Position numbers and translations under genes: made by a program. From an uncultured Gemmatimonadales bacterium (GTDB lineage: Bacteria; Gemmatimonadota; Gemmatimonadetes; Longimicrobiales; Longimicrobiaceae): DNA of 64,000 bases. Where the stretch lies: the NCBI GenBank assembly GCA_963716255.1, contig OY970303.1:1984001-2048000 (forward strand), in the 5' to 3' direction. Below, piece after piece: positions 19,853 to 29,866 of this stretch; position 1 is the stretch's first letter; every line of letters starts with the position of its first letter. The notes under the pieces are model-generated. The model did not search any database. It saw nothing but the letters and a program-made list of their open reading frames with translations, and was not told the DNA's origin.

Positions 19853-19962
19853 GAAGGGGAGTAGCCTACCGGGGATCACCCCGGCGGCCGGATCGTCAAG
19901 ACTGCGGCTCGCGCCGCACGGTCCGGCCGGGACGGGAAGTGCTCCGTCAGGGCGAGACCTTC
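19853..19962 (+). ncRNA. yybP-ykoY manganese riboswitch aptamer
   Basis: AAGGGGAGTAGC...CGTCAAGAC...CGGT...GGCGAGACCTT hallmarks directly upstream of a TerC/Alx gene. Confidence 0.9.
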
Positions 19963-20014
19963 GTTCCGGCGGTCGCTGCGGCGGCCGTCCAGGACGGGGG
20001 TCCGCCCTTTTTTT
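19950..20014 (+). terminator. Riboswitch expression-platform terminator
   Basis: GGGCGAGACCTTCGTTC pairs with GGACGGGGGTCCGCCC, followed by T7. Confidence 0.75.
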
Positions 20015-20057
20015 GCGTCCGTCATCGTCCTGCGAGATTCATCGACTGGAGGTCTTT

Positions 20058-21101
20058 TTGGACAGCTCAATCTGGCCGTGGGTGGGGTTCAACGCGCTCG
20101 TGCTCGTCCTGCTCGCCATCGACCTGGGCGTCTTCAACCGCACCGCGCACGTCGTCTCCGTCAAGGAAGCCGGCCGCTGGAGTGCGATCACCGTCGCCCT
20201 CGCCCTCGCCTTCGCCGGCTCCATCGCCGCCGGGGTGCTTCCGGTGGAGGGCGTCGGCGGGCACCAGGACGCGCTGGAGTTCATCACGGGCTACCTGATC
20301 GAGCTGGCGCTGTCGGTGGACAACATCTTCGTCTTCGTCCTCATCTTCTCGTACTTCAAGGTCCCGCCCAAGTACCAGCACCGCGTCCTCTTCTGGGGCG
20401 TCCTGGGCGCGCTGGTCATGCGCGGCACCATGATCGCGGCGGGCGCGTTCCTCATCGAGCGCTTCCACTGGATCATCTACGTCTTCGGAGCCTTCCTGGT
20501 GATCACCGGGATCCGGATGATGCGGCAGGAGGAGGAGGACATCGAGCCGGAGTCCAACCCCGCCATCAAGCTCGTCCGCCGCTTCGTCCCCATCACCCAC
20601 CAATACGACGGGCAGAAGTTCTTCACGCGGGAAAAGATCGGCGACCGCCTGCGCCGCGCGGCCACTCCGCTGTTCGTGGTGCTGGTGCTGGTGGAGACCA
20701 CCGACCTGATCTTCGCGCTGGACTCCATCCCGGCGATCTTCGCGGTCACCCGCGAGCCGTACCTGGTGTATACCTCCAACGTGTTCGCCATCCTCGCGCT
20801 GCGCTCCATGTACTTCGTGCTCGCTGGGGTGATCGACAAGTTCCACTTCCTCAAGCTCGGGCTTTCCATGGTGCTCATCTTCATCGGCGCGAAGATGCTC
20901 GCCACCGCCATCGACATCCACATCCCCATCGGGCTGTCGCTGGGCATCGTGGGGCTGGTGCTCGGGGGGTCCGTGGTCGCGTCGCTGATCTGGCCCAGGG
21001 AGGTGGAGGAGAACCCGCAGGTCAGTCACGATCCGCTCGACCCGTCCGACGACCCGCCCGGCGCCGTCATTCCCCCCACGGAGTCGTCCACGCGGAGCTG
21101 A
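20058..21101 (+). CDS. alx: TerC/Alx family membrane protein (Mn homeostasis)
   Basis: GYLIELALSVDNIFVF, QHRVLFWG, ETTDLIFALDSIPA; GGAGG + TTG start. Confidence 0.92.
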   Translation: MDSSIWPWVGFNALVLVLLAIDLGVFNRTAHVVSVKEAGRWSAITVALALAFAGSIAAGVLPVEGVGGHQDALEFITGYLIELALSVDNIFVFVLIFSYFKVPPKYQHRVLFWGVLGALVMRGTMIAAGAFLIERFHWIIYVFGAFLVITGIRMMRQEEEDIEPESNPAIKLVRRFVPITHQYDGQKFFTREKIGDRLRRAATPLFVVLVLVETTDLIFALDSIPAIFAVTREPYLVYTSNVFAILALRSMYFVLAGVIDKFHFLKLGLSMVLIFIGAKMLATAIDIHIPIGLSLGIVGLVLGGSVVASLIWPREVEENPQVSHDPLDPSDDPPGAVIPPTESSTRS

Positions 21102-21126
21102 CGGCACGGCTTTGAACTGCGGGGTT

Positions 21127-21259
21127 GGGCGTGACCCCGGCTGGCGCCGGGGTCGGGCTTCGGCTCCGTAAAGCAGCAAACAACGCTGCTTAACGGAGTC
21201 GAGCCCCGGCGGAAACAACCCCGCCGGGTCTCGCCCCTTCGGGCCGTAATCCCTCACGC
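21127..21259 (+). repeat. Structured element A, copy 6
   Basis: Full core; variable stem AAGCAGC/GCTGCTT. Confidence 0.95.
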
Positions 21260-21396
21260 GACTGCCAAACCGAAGGGCCCCGCCGGCGTGTGCCGTGGGG
21301 CCCGTGTCGCATCACCATGATCCCGGACGGCGAAGGGCGGCGCCCCGGTGGGGTGCCGCCCTCGTGTTCGTCCGGCTGCTCAGCCGTCCGGTCCGG

Positions 21397-22923
21397 CTAG
21401 TCGGCGACGTTGCGCAGGCGGCTCTTGCGGTATCCGTAGGCGAAGTAGAGCACCAGCCCCACGGCGAGCCAGATGATGAAGCGCTCCCAGGTCACCCGGG
21501 GCAGCTGTACCATCAGGTAGCCGCACGACAGGATCGCGGCGGGGGCCACGAACCAGACGACGGGGGTCTTGAAGGGGCGGTGCCGGCCGGGATCGCGCAC
21601 GCGGAGCACCATTACCCCGAGCGCCACCAGCACGAAGGCGAAGAGCGTCCCGATGTTGGTGAGCTCGATCACCTCGTTGATGTTCGCGAAGGCCGCGAAG
21701 AACGCCACGAACGCGCCGGTGAGGATGGTGGTGACGTGCGGCGTCCGGTAGCGCGGGTGGAGCTTCGCGGCCCACTGCGGCAGCAGCCCGTCGCGCGCCA
21801 TGGAAAAGAAGATCCGCGGCTGGCCCAGCTGGAAGACCAGGAGCACCGAGGCCATGGAAACCACCGCGCCGAAGGAGATGATCGCGGCCGCCCAGTGGTA
21901 GCCGCGGTTCCCGAAGGCGCTCGCCAGCGGGTCCGCCGTGCCGTGCTGGTTCCACGGCACCAGCCCGGTGAGCACCAGCGTCACCACGATGTAGATCACG
22001 GAGGTGACCAGGAGCGACACGATCATCGCCCGCGGCATGTCCTTCTGCGGGTTCTTTGCCTCTTCCGCCGCGGTGGACACCGCGTCGAAGCCGATGTAGG
22101 CGAAGAAGATCAGCGCCGCGCCGGAGCTGATCCCGGCCCACCCGTTGGGGGCGAACGGCGTCCAGTTCTCCGGCCGCACCCAGAAGGCGCCCATGGCGAT
22201 GATGAACAGCAGGATGGCGAGCTTCAGCACCACCATCGCCGTGTTCGCCCACGCGCTCTCGCGGATCCCCACCACCAGCACCCAGGTGATCAGCCCCACG
22301 ATCAGGACCGCAGGCAGGTTGAAGATCACGTGTAGCCCGAAGAGGTCGGGGGCCGTGGTCCAGGCCCGCGCCGCCTCCACCACCGAGGCAGTGGTGATCG
22401 TGGGATCCGCCTGCAGCTGCTCGTACGCCTGGCGGGCCGTGCGCGGGTCCGTCGCCAGCCACTCGGGGAACCCCAGCCCGAAGCCGCGCAGCAGCGTCTG
22501 GAAGTACGCCGACCACGACACCGCAACCGCGATGTTCCCCACCGCGTACTCGATGATCAGGTCCCACCCGATGATCCACGCCACCAGCTCGCCGAGCGTC
22601 GCGTACGCGTACGTGTACGCGCTCCCCGCCTGGGGGACGAGGGCCGCGAACTCCGCGTAGCAGAGCGCCGCGAAGCCACAGGCGATGGCGACCAGGATGT
22701 AGGAGATCACCAGCGCCGGGCCCGCGCCCAGGTGGTTGGGTCCGCCGGAGATCGCCGTTCCCGCGCCGGAGAAGATCCCCGCCCCGATGATGGCGCCGAT
22801 CCCCAGGGAGGTGAGCTGCCAGACACCCAGCGAGCGCCGCAGGCCCGGCTCGACGTCGGTCTGCGGATCGACGTGCTCCGCTCGAGCCTCGCCGATTGGC
22901 TTTCTGCGTAAGAGTTGCGACAT
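21397..22923 (-). CDS. APC family amino acid permease
   Basis: GIGAIIGAGIF, GSAYTY, FFAYIGFDAVSTAAEEAKNP. Confidence 0.95.
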   Translation of the reverse strand: MSQLLRRKPIGEARAEHVDPQTDVEPGLRRSLGVWQLTSLGIGAIIGAGIFSGAGTAISGGPNHLGAGPALVISYILVAIACGFAALCYAEFAALVPQAGSAYTYAYATLGELVAWIIGWDLIIEYAVGNIAVAVSWSAYFQTLLRGFGLGFPEWLATDPRTARQAYEQLQADPTITTASVVEAARAWTTAPDLFGLHVIFNLPAVLIVGLITWVLVVGIRESAWANTAMVVLKLAILLFIIAMGAFWVRPENWTPFAPNGWAGISSGAALIFFAYIGFDAVSTAAEEAKNPQKDMPRAMIVSLLVTSVIYIVVTLVLTGLVPWNQHGTADPLASAFGNRGYHWAAAIISFGAVVSMASVLLVFQLGQPRIFFSMARDGLLPQWAAKLHPRYRTPHVTTILTGAFVAFFAAFANINEVIELTNIGTLFAFVLVALGVMVLRVRDPGRHRPFKTPVVWFVAPAAILSCGYLMVQLPRVTWERFIIWLAVGLVLYFAYGYRKSRLRNVAD

Positions 22924-23037
22924 GGAGGAGGACGGGAAACGGTGGGGGTGGACGCACGCGCGGCGGATGACGAGGCCGTCACCCGCCGCGACCGGACCGA
23001 ATCTACGCGCCGCCCGCCGCGATTCGCAACGGGAGCG

Positions 23038-24417
23038 TCACGCGCCCCGGGGGATGACCCCGCCGGAGCCGTGCGGTGCAGGCACGCCCTCGGACGTCCC
23101 GAGGGGGGCGTTCGGGTCGCCCAGCGCCGCGTCGACCAGCTCGCCCGGACCCGCGGGGACGCCCGGGGTGAACTCGCCCTCCCATCGGGCCATCACCGCC
23201 GTCGCCAGGCAGTTGCCCACCAGGTTCACCGTGGTGCGGGCCATGTCCATCAGCTCGTCCACGGCAAGGATCACGGTGATCGCGGCCAGCGGGAGGTGGA
23301 AGGCCGTCAGCGTCCCCGACAGGATCACCAGCGACGCCCGCGGAACCGCGGCGACGCCCTTGCTCGTGAGCATCAGGGTGAGCATCATCGCCGCCTGCTG
23401 CCCGTAGCTGAGCTCCACTCCCGCCGCCTGGGCCACGAACACGCTGGCGAGCGCCAGGTAGAGCGTGCTCCCATCCAGGTTGAAGGAATAGCCGGTGGGC
23501 ATCACGAACGCGACGATCCGCCGCGGCACGCCGAAGGCCTCCATGCGCTGCATCGCCAGCGGGAGCGCCGCGTCGGAGCTGGTGGTGGAGAAGGCGATCA
23601 GCGCCGGCTCGCGGATCTGGCGCAGGAAGGGGATCACCGGCACCCGGGCGAGCAGCGCGGCGGGAAGCAGCCCCACCAGCGCGAACACCACCAGCGCGGC
23701 GTACAGCGTCAGCACCAGCTTGAGCAGCGGGAGCAGCACCGCGATGCCGCTGTGCGCGACGGTGGAGGCGATCGCCGCGCCCACCCCGATGGGGACGAAG
23801 CGCATGACGATGGCCACCAGCTTGAACATCGTCTCCGCCAGCCCCTCCGCGAAGGAGAGCACCGCGAGCTTGGCCGGGCCGCGCACCTTGGTGAGCGCCA
23901 CGGCGAAGAGAATGGAGAAGAAGACGATCTGCAGGACGTTGTTGGTGGCCAGCGCGTCCACGAAGCTGGTGGGAACCACCTCGCGGACGTGGTCGGCGAA
24001 GCTCTTCACCTGCGCCAGCTGCGGCGCGCCGCCCGCGGCCTCGGCGGCGCGGATCGCCGCCATGAGCCGCGGATCGTCGCCGGGCCGCACCAGGTTGACG
24101 GCCACCAGCCCCACCAGCAGGGCGACGGTGGTGACGATCTCGAAGTAGAGGATGGATCGGAAGGCGAGCCGCCCCACCTTCTTCAGGTCGTCCCCGTGCC
24201 CCGCGATCCCGATCACGAGCGTGGAGAACAGGATCGGCGCGATGATCATCTTGATCATGCGCACGAACAGGTCCGAGAGCAGCTTGAGGTCGCTCGCGGC
24301 CCAGCCGCCGTGCAGCGCCCGCTCCCCGTCGGGGAAGGTCACGCCCAGCAGGGCGCCCAGGCCCATGCCGACGAAGATCCACTGCGTGAGCGTGATCCGC
24401 CGGAGAAGTTTCCACAT
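23038..24417 (-). CDS. Dicarboxylate/amino acid:cation symporter (GltP/DctA family)
   Basis: AFSTTSS, PTGYSFNLDG, D..RTTVN motifs. Confidence 0.93.
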   Translation of the reverse strand: MWKLLRRITLTQWIFVGMGLGALLGVTFPDGERALHGGWAASDLKLLSDLFVRMIKMIIAPILFSTLVIGIAGHGDDLKKVGRLAFRSILYFEIVTTVALLVGLVAVNLVRPGDDPRLMAAIRAAEAAGGAPQLAQVKSFADHVREVVPTSFVDALATNNVLQIVFFSILFAVALTKVRGPAKLAVLSFAEGLAETMFKLVAIVMRFVPIGVGAAIASTVAHSGIAVLLPLLKLVLTLYAALVVFALVGLLPAALLARVPVIPFLRQIREPALIAFSTTSSDAALPLAMQRMEAFGVPRRIVAFVMPTGYSFNLDGSTLYLALASVFVAQAAGVELSYGQQAAMMLTLMLTSKGVAAVPRASLVILSGTLTAFHLPLAAITVILAVDELMDMARTTVNLVGNCLATAVMARWEGEFTPGVPAGPGELVDAALGDPNAPLGTSEGVPAPHGSGGVIPRGA

Positions 24418-24502
24418 CGCGCGTGTTCCGCGGAAATCGTGAACGATGGAGCGCCACCGCGGTGCGGCGGACGGAGCGACGGGGGAGCCGGGCGGCCCGG
24501 CC

Positions 24503-24581
24503 AAAAAAGCGGCTGCCCTTCGAGAGCCCGAAGCGGCAGCCACAGGGGGAAGAGTCTAGCGTGTTTGCCCAGCTGCAGCAA
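24503..24581 (-). promoter_or_regulatory. Promoter followed at once by a terminator-like hairpin in the symporter leader
   Basis: TTGCTG-N17-TAGACT (24581-24553), then GGCTGCC..TTCG..CGAA..GGCAGCC-GC-T6. Confidence 0.5.
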
Positions 24582-24654
24582 CCACCCCGCCCCCACGCGG
24601 TCTCAGGGCTCCGGCGTCCGCGGGACCCCTCCCACCACCTCCACCCCGTGAAAG

Positions 24655-24693
24655 GCTCCGGCCCCCCGGGAAAAGTTCCCGGGGGGCCGGAGC
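24655..24693. terminator. Long hairpin after exbD
   Basis: GCTCCGGCCCCCCGGGAA-AAG-TTCCCGGGGGGCCGGAGC perfect inverted repeat. Confidence 0.6.
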
Positions 24694-24713
24694 AATTCGG
24701 ACCGCGCGTACCG

Positions 24714-25163
24714 TCAGGTCGTGGGAGCTGGAGCCACCGCCGCCCCGGCCGGAGCGGCGCGGGGCACGAGGCCCACGATCTCGATACCCGCCGCGCGGGT
24801 GGCGTCGATGGCGTAGATCACCTGTCCGTAGGTCAGGTTCTCCGCGCCCTTGACGAAGATGACCTTGCGGGGGCGCGGCGCGAACACCTCCTGGATCCGC
24901 GCCTGCAGGTTCTCCTGCGCGATCGGCTCCTGGTTCAGAAAGAACTGCGGACCGGGCTGGATGTCCAGCACGATCTGGTCGATCTGCTGGGCGACTTCCT
25001 GCTTCTCCTTCTTGACGGGCGGAACCTGCACCGACACGCCGCGCTGTAGACCCTGCTGCACCACCATGAAGATGATGAGCAGCACCAGCAGCACGTCGAT
25101 CATGGGGGTCATGTTGATGTCCGCCTGCGGCCCCCCCTTCCTGCCGCCCACTCCCATTGCCAT
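24714..25163 (-). CDS. exbD: ExbD/TolR biopolymer transport protein
   Basis: DINMTPMIDVLLVLLIIFMV. Confidence 0.92.
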   Translation of the reverse strand: MAMGVGGRKGGPQADINMTPMIDVLLVLLIIFMVVQQGLQRGVSVQVPPVKKEKQEVAQQIDQIVLDIQPGPQFFLNQEPIAQENLQARIQEVFAPRPRKVIFVKGAENLTYGQVIYAIDATRAAGIEIVGLVPRAAPAGAAVAPAPTT

Positions 25164-25184
25164 AAGGCTAGTCTCCTCGCGTAC

Positions 25185-25673
25185 TCAGGTGCCCGGCTTG
25201 GGCGTGACGCCCTTCGGGAGCTCGGTGATCGCGCCGATCTTGCTGACCTCGGCCTCGCGGGCGGCGTCGATCGCGGTCAGCACCTTGTCGTAGCCCACAC
25301 CCTGGTCGGCCTTCATGTACAGGATGTGGTCCTCCGGATCACGGGTCGAGTACGCGTCCCGGAGCCGCGCCGCGAGCTGCGAGGCCGGAATGGGGCCCGG
25401 GTTCGGCACGTCCTCGATGAAGTACTGCCCCTTGGCGTCGATGCCCAGCGTCACCCGGTCGTCCTTCTCCGGCGCGGCGGTGCGCGCCTTGGGGAGAACG
25501 GCGGTGTACCCGGCAAGGGCCGGAGTGACGACCATGAAGATGATCAGGAGCACCAGCATGACGTCGATCATGGGCGTCACGTTGATGTCCGCGTTCACGT
25601 CGGCGTCCATCCCGGCCACGCTGGGGAGCGGAGAGCCCCCGAAGGAGGCCCCGCCGCCGATCTTGCCCGCCAC
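25185..25673 (-). CDS. exbD: ExbD/TolR biopolymer transport protein
   Basis: DINVTPMIDVMLVLLIIFMV, KADQGVGY. Confidence 0.92.
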   Translation of the reverse strand: MAGKIGGGASFGGSPLPSVAGMDADVNADINVTPMIDVMLVLLIIFMVVTPALAGYTAVLPKARTAAPEKDDRVTLGIDAKGQYFIEDVPNPGPIPASQLAARLRDAYSTRDPEDHILYMKADQGVGYDKVLTAIDAAREAEVSKIGAITELPKGVTPKPGT

Positions 25674-25676
25674 CCG

Positions 25677-26378
25677 TCAGTCCCCGTAGGCGGCGCGGCC
25701 CGACGCCATCTCGCGCTTGGCCTGCCGCTCCATCATCCAGTCGATCATCTCGCGGCCGGCATACGCCAGCTCCGAGAACAGCGTGTCGAGCCGGGCGGTG
25801 AAGTAGTTGTACAGCCACACCGCCGGGATCGCCGCGATCAGGCCGATCGCCGTGGTGATCAGCGCCTCGGAAATACCCGCCGACACCGCCTCGAGGCCGG
25901 CGCCGCCCGTGCCCATGCCGGAGAAGGCGTTCACGATGCCCATGGTGGTCCCGAGCAGCCCCACGAAGGGAGCCGTCGCGCCGACCGTCGCCAGCAGGCC
26001 CAGCCCGGACTTCAGGTCGTTGGCGAGCAGGATCTGCTCGCGCTCCACCGAGCGCTCGGCGGAGGTGATCGCCGCGCCGGCGACGCGGGGATCGCCGAGG
26101 AGCGGGGCGACCTCGCGGAGCGACTCACCGAGAACGCGGGCCACGTGCGAGTTGGGGTACTGCTCCGTCAGGGCGAGGGCTTCGGGGATGTTGTCCGCCT
26201 CGAGCGCCGTGGAAAATTGGGGAGCGAACTCGCGAGTCGCCCGGGACATCTTGCGGAAGCGAAGCCACTTGGCGACGGCCACGGCGAGCGAGATCATGCT
26301 CATGATGAGCAGGATGATGATGATCCCCCGAGCGAACCACCCGGCTTGCTCCCACAGGTGACCGAAACTCATCTGCAT
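25677..26378 (-). CDS. exbB: MotA/TolQ/ExbB proton channel
   Basis: APFVGLLGTTMGIVNAF, GISEALITTAIGL. Confidence 0.93.
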   Translation of the reverse strand: MQMSFGHLWEQAGWFARGIIIILLIMSMISLAVAVAKWLRFRKMSRATREFAPQFSTALEADNIPEALALTEQYPNSHVARVLGESLREVAPLLGDPRVAGAAITSAERSVEREQILLANDLKSGLGLLATVGATAPFVGLLGTTMGIVNAFSGMGTGGAGLEAVSAGISEALITTAIGLIAAIPAVWLYNYFTARLDTLFSELAYAGREMIDWMMERQAKREMASGRAAYGD

Positions 26379-26521
26379 GGCTGCGTTCTCCTTCGCGCGA
26401 GTGCGCTTTCGTGTTGTTGAACCGTCCGGTCACGCCCCGCTCAGGCGCACCGCCCGAAATTTCCAGCAGGATCCTACGTTTTCCACCGGCCCGGATCAAG
26501 AGGCCGCACGCTCCGGGAGGC

Positions 26522-27298
26522 TCAGGACCTCTCGAGCGTCCAGCTGATCGGGATCTGGACCAGCACGGGAACGGCGCGCCCGCCCACCTTGGCCGGCCTG
26601 AACCGCATCTTCTCCACGACCTTGGTGGACGCCTCGCCGAACTGGTCGTGCGACGCGTTGATCACCGAAACGCTCGTCGCCTCGACGCGGCCCTGGGCGT
26701 TCACCACGAACTTCATCTGCACCTGGCCCGTGATCCCCGCGTCGCGGAGCAGCGGCGGGTACAGGCGCTGCAGCAGCCGCTGCACTTCGGGCCCGTTCTG
26801 GAGCTGGGGCTTTTCCTCCGCCAGGCTCACGTCGATCGGGGCGGTCCCGGTGTTGTCTTCCTTCTTGTCCGCCATGTTCTGCGGAACGCCGCCCTCCACG
26901 CCCTTGGAGGTGCCGCCGGCCACGCCCACGCCGCTGAAGTCCTCGACGTTGACGGCCTTCTGGTTGGGGTCCACGTCAGGGATCTTGGCGGGCGGCTCCT
27001 CGGGCGGAACCAGCTCCTGGAAGCCCTTTGCCACCGGGGGCGGAGCCTCCTCCGGCTCCGGCGGCGGCGGCGGGGGCGGCTCCTCGGCCTTGGGAGGCTC
27101 GGGGGCCTTGGGCTGCTCCGGCTCGATCTCCATGTAGGAGACCACCTCTTCCTTGACCTTCCGGCCCACCGCGGTGTGCTCCGTCGCGTACGCCGCGCCC
27201 CCGATGAGGAGGACGTGCGCCGCGATGGAGGCGAACATCGTGGTGGGCGAGAGGGCCTTGGTCTTCCGTCCCTCCGACGCCACAAGCTTGTTGAACAT
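26522..27298 (-). CDS. tonB: Energy transducer TonB
   Basis: N-terminal TM with SxxxH, Pro-rich linker, YP..G.V...F.V...G.V and F.PA C-domain. Confidence 0.93.
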   Translation of the reverse strand: MFNKLVASEGRKTKALSPTTMFASIAAHVLLIGGAAYATEHTAVGRKVKEEVVSYMEIEPEQPKAPEPPKAEEPPPPPPPEPEEAPPPVAKGFQELVPPEEPPAKIPDVDPNQKAVNVEDFSGVGVAGGTSKGVEGGVPQNMADKKEDNTGTAPIDVSLAEEKPQLQNGPEVQRLLQRLYPPLLRDAGITGQVQMKFVVNAQGRVEATSVSVINASHDQFGEASTKVVEKMRFRPAKVGGRAVPVLVQIPISWTLERS

Positions 27299-27837
27299 GC
27301 GGGAACCCCCTTGCGATCCAGGTTGGAGCCGGCGTGCTGAGTATTGCGGCGCTTCGGGCTCGTGCCGGCTCCCCGTCGGCGGAACCGCGCCAGCGCCGGC
27401 GGCATGACCGCCGCGGACACCTTGATTTCTCGACTTCAGTGCACCGGCCGCGGCCGGCGTTCCGCCTCGTGCCCAGGAGCCCCGCCCGACTTCGGCCTTC
27501 CGCTAGCGAACGTTAGATCGAAACCTCGTCCCGTGACCCGAACGAACGGGTGTCAGGAGGTCGCAACGACGTTGAAGGGAATTTTTTCCAAGGGCTCTGT
27601 AACCTGTAGAACGTGCTGGTGAAAGTCAAGACGACGCCCGCACCCACCGGTCACGCGCACGTAACACCCCCCACGAACCCCGGAGATCCCAGCCCGGACG
27701 CAGAAAACACGACAACTGGTAAACAGACGAACCCTGGTTTCCGGACCCTCCCGGGACTCCCCTCCGCGCCCACTTCGTCCTTATGCAAACTCCGATCCTT
27801 TCCGGCCGGAGGCGTGTATAATTATTCTGACTGACGC

Positions 27838-29751
27838 CTAAATACTCTGTTCTGTGCCTCTGGTTCCGCTGGCCGCCCGCTGCTCGACGGCGCGAGCCAC
27901 CTGCTCCAGCTCGAACGGCTTGGACAGCACCGGGATCCCGGAGGCGGCCATCGCCGCCACCGCCGCGTCGCTCAGCGGGGCGCCCGTGATGAACACCAGG
28001 CGCTCCTCGGCCCCGCCTTCGCGGGCCCGCAGCGCCGCCAGGAGCCTGTCACCGCCCAGGCCGGGCATGCGCAGGTCGGCGAGGATCACGTCGGGGGGCG
28101 CGTCCCGGGTCCCGTCCAGCAGGGCGAGCGCTTCGCGGCCGTCGGAGGCTTCGTCCACGCGGTGGCCGCGCCGCTCGAGGTAGCGGGCGATGGAGCGGCG
28201 GACGGGCGCCTCGTCGTCCACCACCAGCACCCGGAGCGGGCGCACCACCGCCGCGTGGACGGGCGCACGCCCCGGGGCGGCGGGCGCTCGCGGAAGCTCG
28301 ACGGCGAAGGCGGCTCCCTTTCCGGGCTCGCTGTCCACCCGGATCTCGCCGCCGTGCTCGGTGACGATCCCGTGCACCAGGCTGAGCCCCAGCCCCGCTC
28401 CCTGCCCCGGCTCCCGGGTGGTCCAGAACGGGTCGAAGATCCTTTCCAGGTTCTCCCCCGGGATCCCCGGGCCGCTGTCCACCACCTGGAGCGACACGCC
28501 GAGCGCGCTGGCCCGGGTGCGGACGATCAGCCGCCGCTCGCCGGGGTGGTCGGCGAGCGAGTGCTCGGCGTTGAGCACCAGGTTGAGCACGACCTGCTCC
28601 ATCTCGCCCGCGTCGGCCTGCACGGAGGGGAGGTCGCGGGCCAGGTCGGCGCGCACGTCGACGCCGTGGGTCTGGAGGGTGTACCTGCGGATCTCCAGGA
28701 CGCCGCGCACCACGTCGTTGAGCTGCACCGGGCCGCGCGGGCCGCCGCTCCGCTCGGTCTGGCGGGCGACCAGGCGGAGGTCGGCGACGATCCGGGCGGC
28801 GCGGGCCGCCTCGCGCTCGATCACCTCCAGCGCTTCCTGGTCTTCCGGGTGGCGCTCGTCCAGCAGGAGGAGCTGGGCGAAGCTCTTGATGGCGGCGAGC
28901 GGGTTGTTCAGCTCGTGCGCCACCCCTCCGAGCAGCGTGCCCAGGCTCGCGAGGCGCTCGGCGCGGCGGAGCTGGCCCTCGCGGGACGCCTCGCCGGCGG
29001 CGTCGCGAGCCATGGCGAGGAGCAGCTCCTCGCCCCGGGCGTCGCGCACCGCCCCCAGCGTCACCTCCAGGGGGACCGCGGCCCCGGACAGGGTGCGGAA
29101 GGAGATGCGCCCGCGCCATCCGCCCCCGGCCCGGGCCTTTCCGGCGCCCTCGGCGAAGCGCGCGCGCGCTTCGCCGCCCGGGAGGAAGTCGTCCGCGGTG
29201 TACTCCGCGTGGCGGCCCGGCGGGTAGCCCATCAGCCGCGCGTGCGCGGGGTTGGCGTAGCGGAAGCGCCCCGCGAGGTCGGTGATCGCGACCGGCTCTC
29301 CGAGCTGCTCCAGCGCCGCGGCGACCAGCGCGTCCCGCTCCCCGGCGGCTTGCACCTCGCGCGCGGCGAGCGCGGCGAAGTCGCGGAGCGCGTCCAGCTC
29401 CCCGGCGGACCACTCCCGGGGGCGGGAGTCGAGGGCGGCGATGCAGCCGAGCGTCCGCCCTCCCGCTCCGCCGAGCGGGACGCCCGCGAAAGCGGCGGGG
29501 CCGCCGTGCAGCGCGGTGTCCGTACCGGGCTCCGCGCGCACTACGTCCTGGCCGTGCCCGGCGACCGCGGCGCAGAGGGCGAGGACCGCCCCGTCACCTT
29601 CCGGCGGGGAGGGGCCGCCGCGGCCGCAGATCCTCTGCCCCGCGCTCTCCCCCACCGTGACGACCACGGCGGGAACGCCGAGCGTCCGCGCGGCGAGCCG
29701 GGCGATGCGGTCGAGCGCGCCGCCGCCGGCCGGCGGTCCTTGTGCGTTCAT
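27838..29751 (-). CDS. Hybrid sensor kinase (GAF-PAS-HK-receiver)
   Basis: AHELNNPL, NLVLNA, GAGLGLS, VLVVDDE...DLRMP...KPF. Confidence 0.92.
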   Translation of the reverse strand: MNAQGPPAGGGALDRIARLAARTLGVPAVVVTVGESAGQRICGRGGPSPPEGDGAVLALCAAVAGHGQDVVRAEPGTDTALHGGPAAFAGVPLGGAGGRTLGCIAALDSRPREWSAGELDALRDFAALAAREVQAAGERDALVAAALEQLGEPVAITDLAGRFRYANPAHARLMGYPPGRHAEYTADDFLPGGEARARFAEGAGKARAGGGWRGRISFRTLSGAAVPLEVTLGAVRDARGEELLLAMARDAAGEASREGQLRRAERLASLGTLLGGVAHELNNPLAAIKSFAQLLLLDERHPEDQEALEVIEREAARAARIVADLRLVARQTERSGGPRGPVQLNDVVRGVLEIRRYTLQTHGVDVRADLARDLPSVQADAGEMEQVVLNLVLNAEHSLADHPGERRLIVRTRASALGVSLQVVDSGPGIPGENLERIFDPFWTTREPGQGAGLGLSLVHGIVTEHGGEIRVDSEPGKGAAFAVELPRAPAAPGRAPVHAAVVRPLRVLVVDDEAPVRRSIARYLERRGHRVDEASDGREALALLDGTRDAPPDVILADLRMPGLGGDRLLAALRAREGGAEERLVFITGAPLSDAAVAAMAASGIPVLSKPFELEQVARAVEQRAASGTRGTEQSI

Positions 29752-29866
29752 TGCTTCCCCGGGGGGTGCGTCGGCCCGGAGCGGGGAGGACGGCACGTTC
29801 CGTTCGGGACAGGGAATCCCCGGTCCCATGAATATTCTAGGCCTGAACGGCTGGTCCGCAAGGTCC

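Noticed and set aside
24540..24600. c-di-GMP-I riboswitch suggested by GGCAAAC on the minus strand
   Set aside because: The second stem and GCAAAG elements are missing; the sequence fits better as a promoter spacer.
27299..27837. ncRNA in the long intergenic region upstream of tonB
   Set aside because: AT-richer with a possible TTGACT -35 at about 27624-27629 on the minus strand, but no recognisable RNA motif or well-spaced -10.
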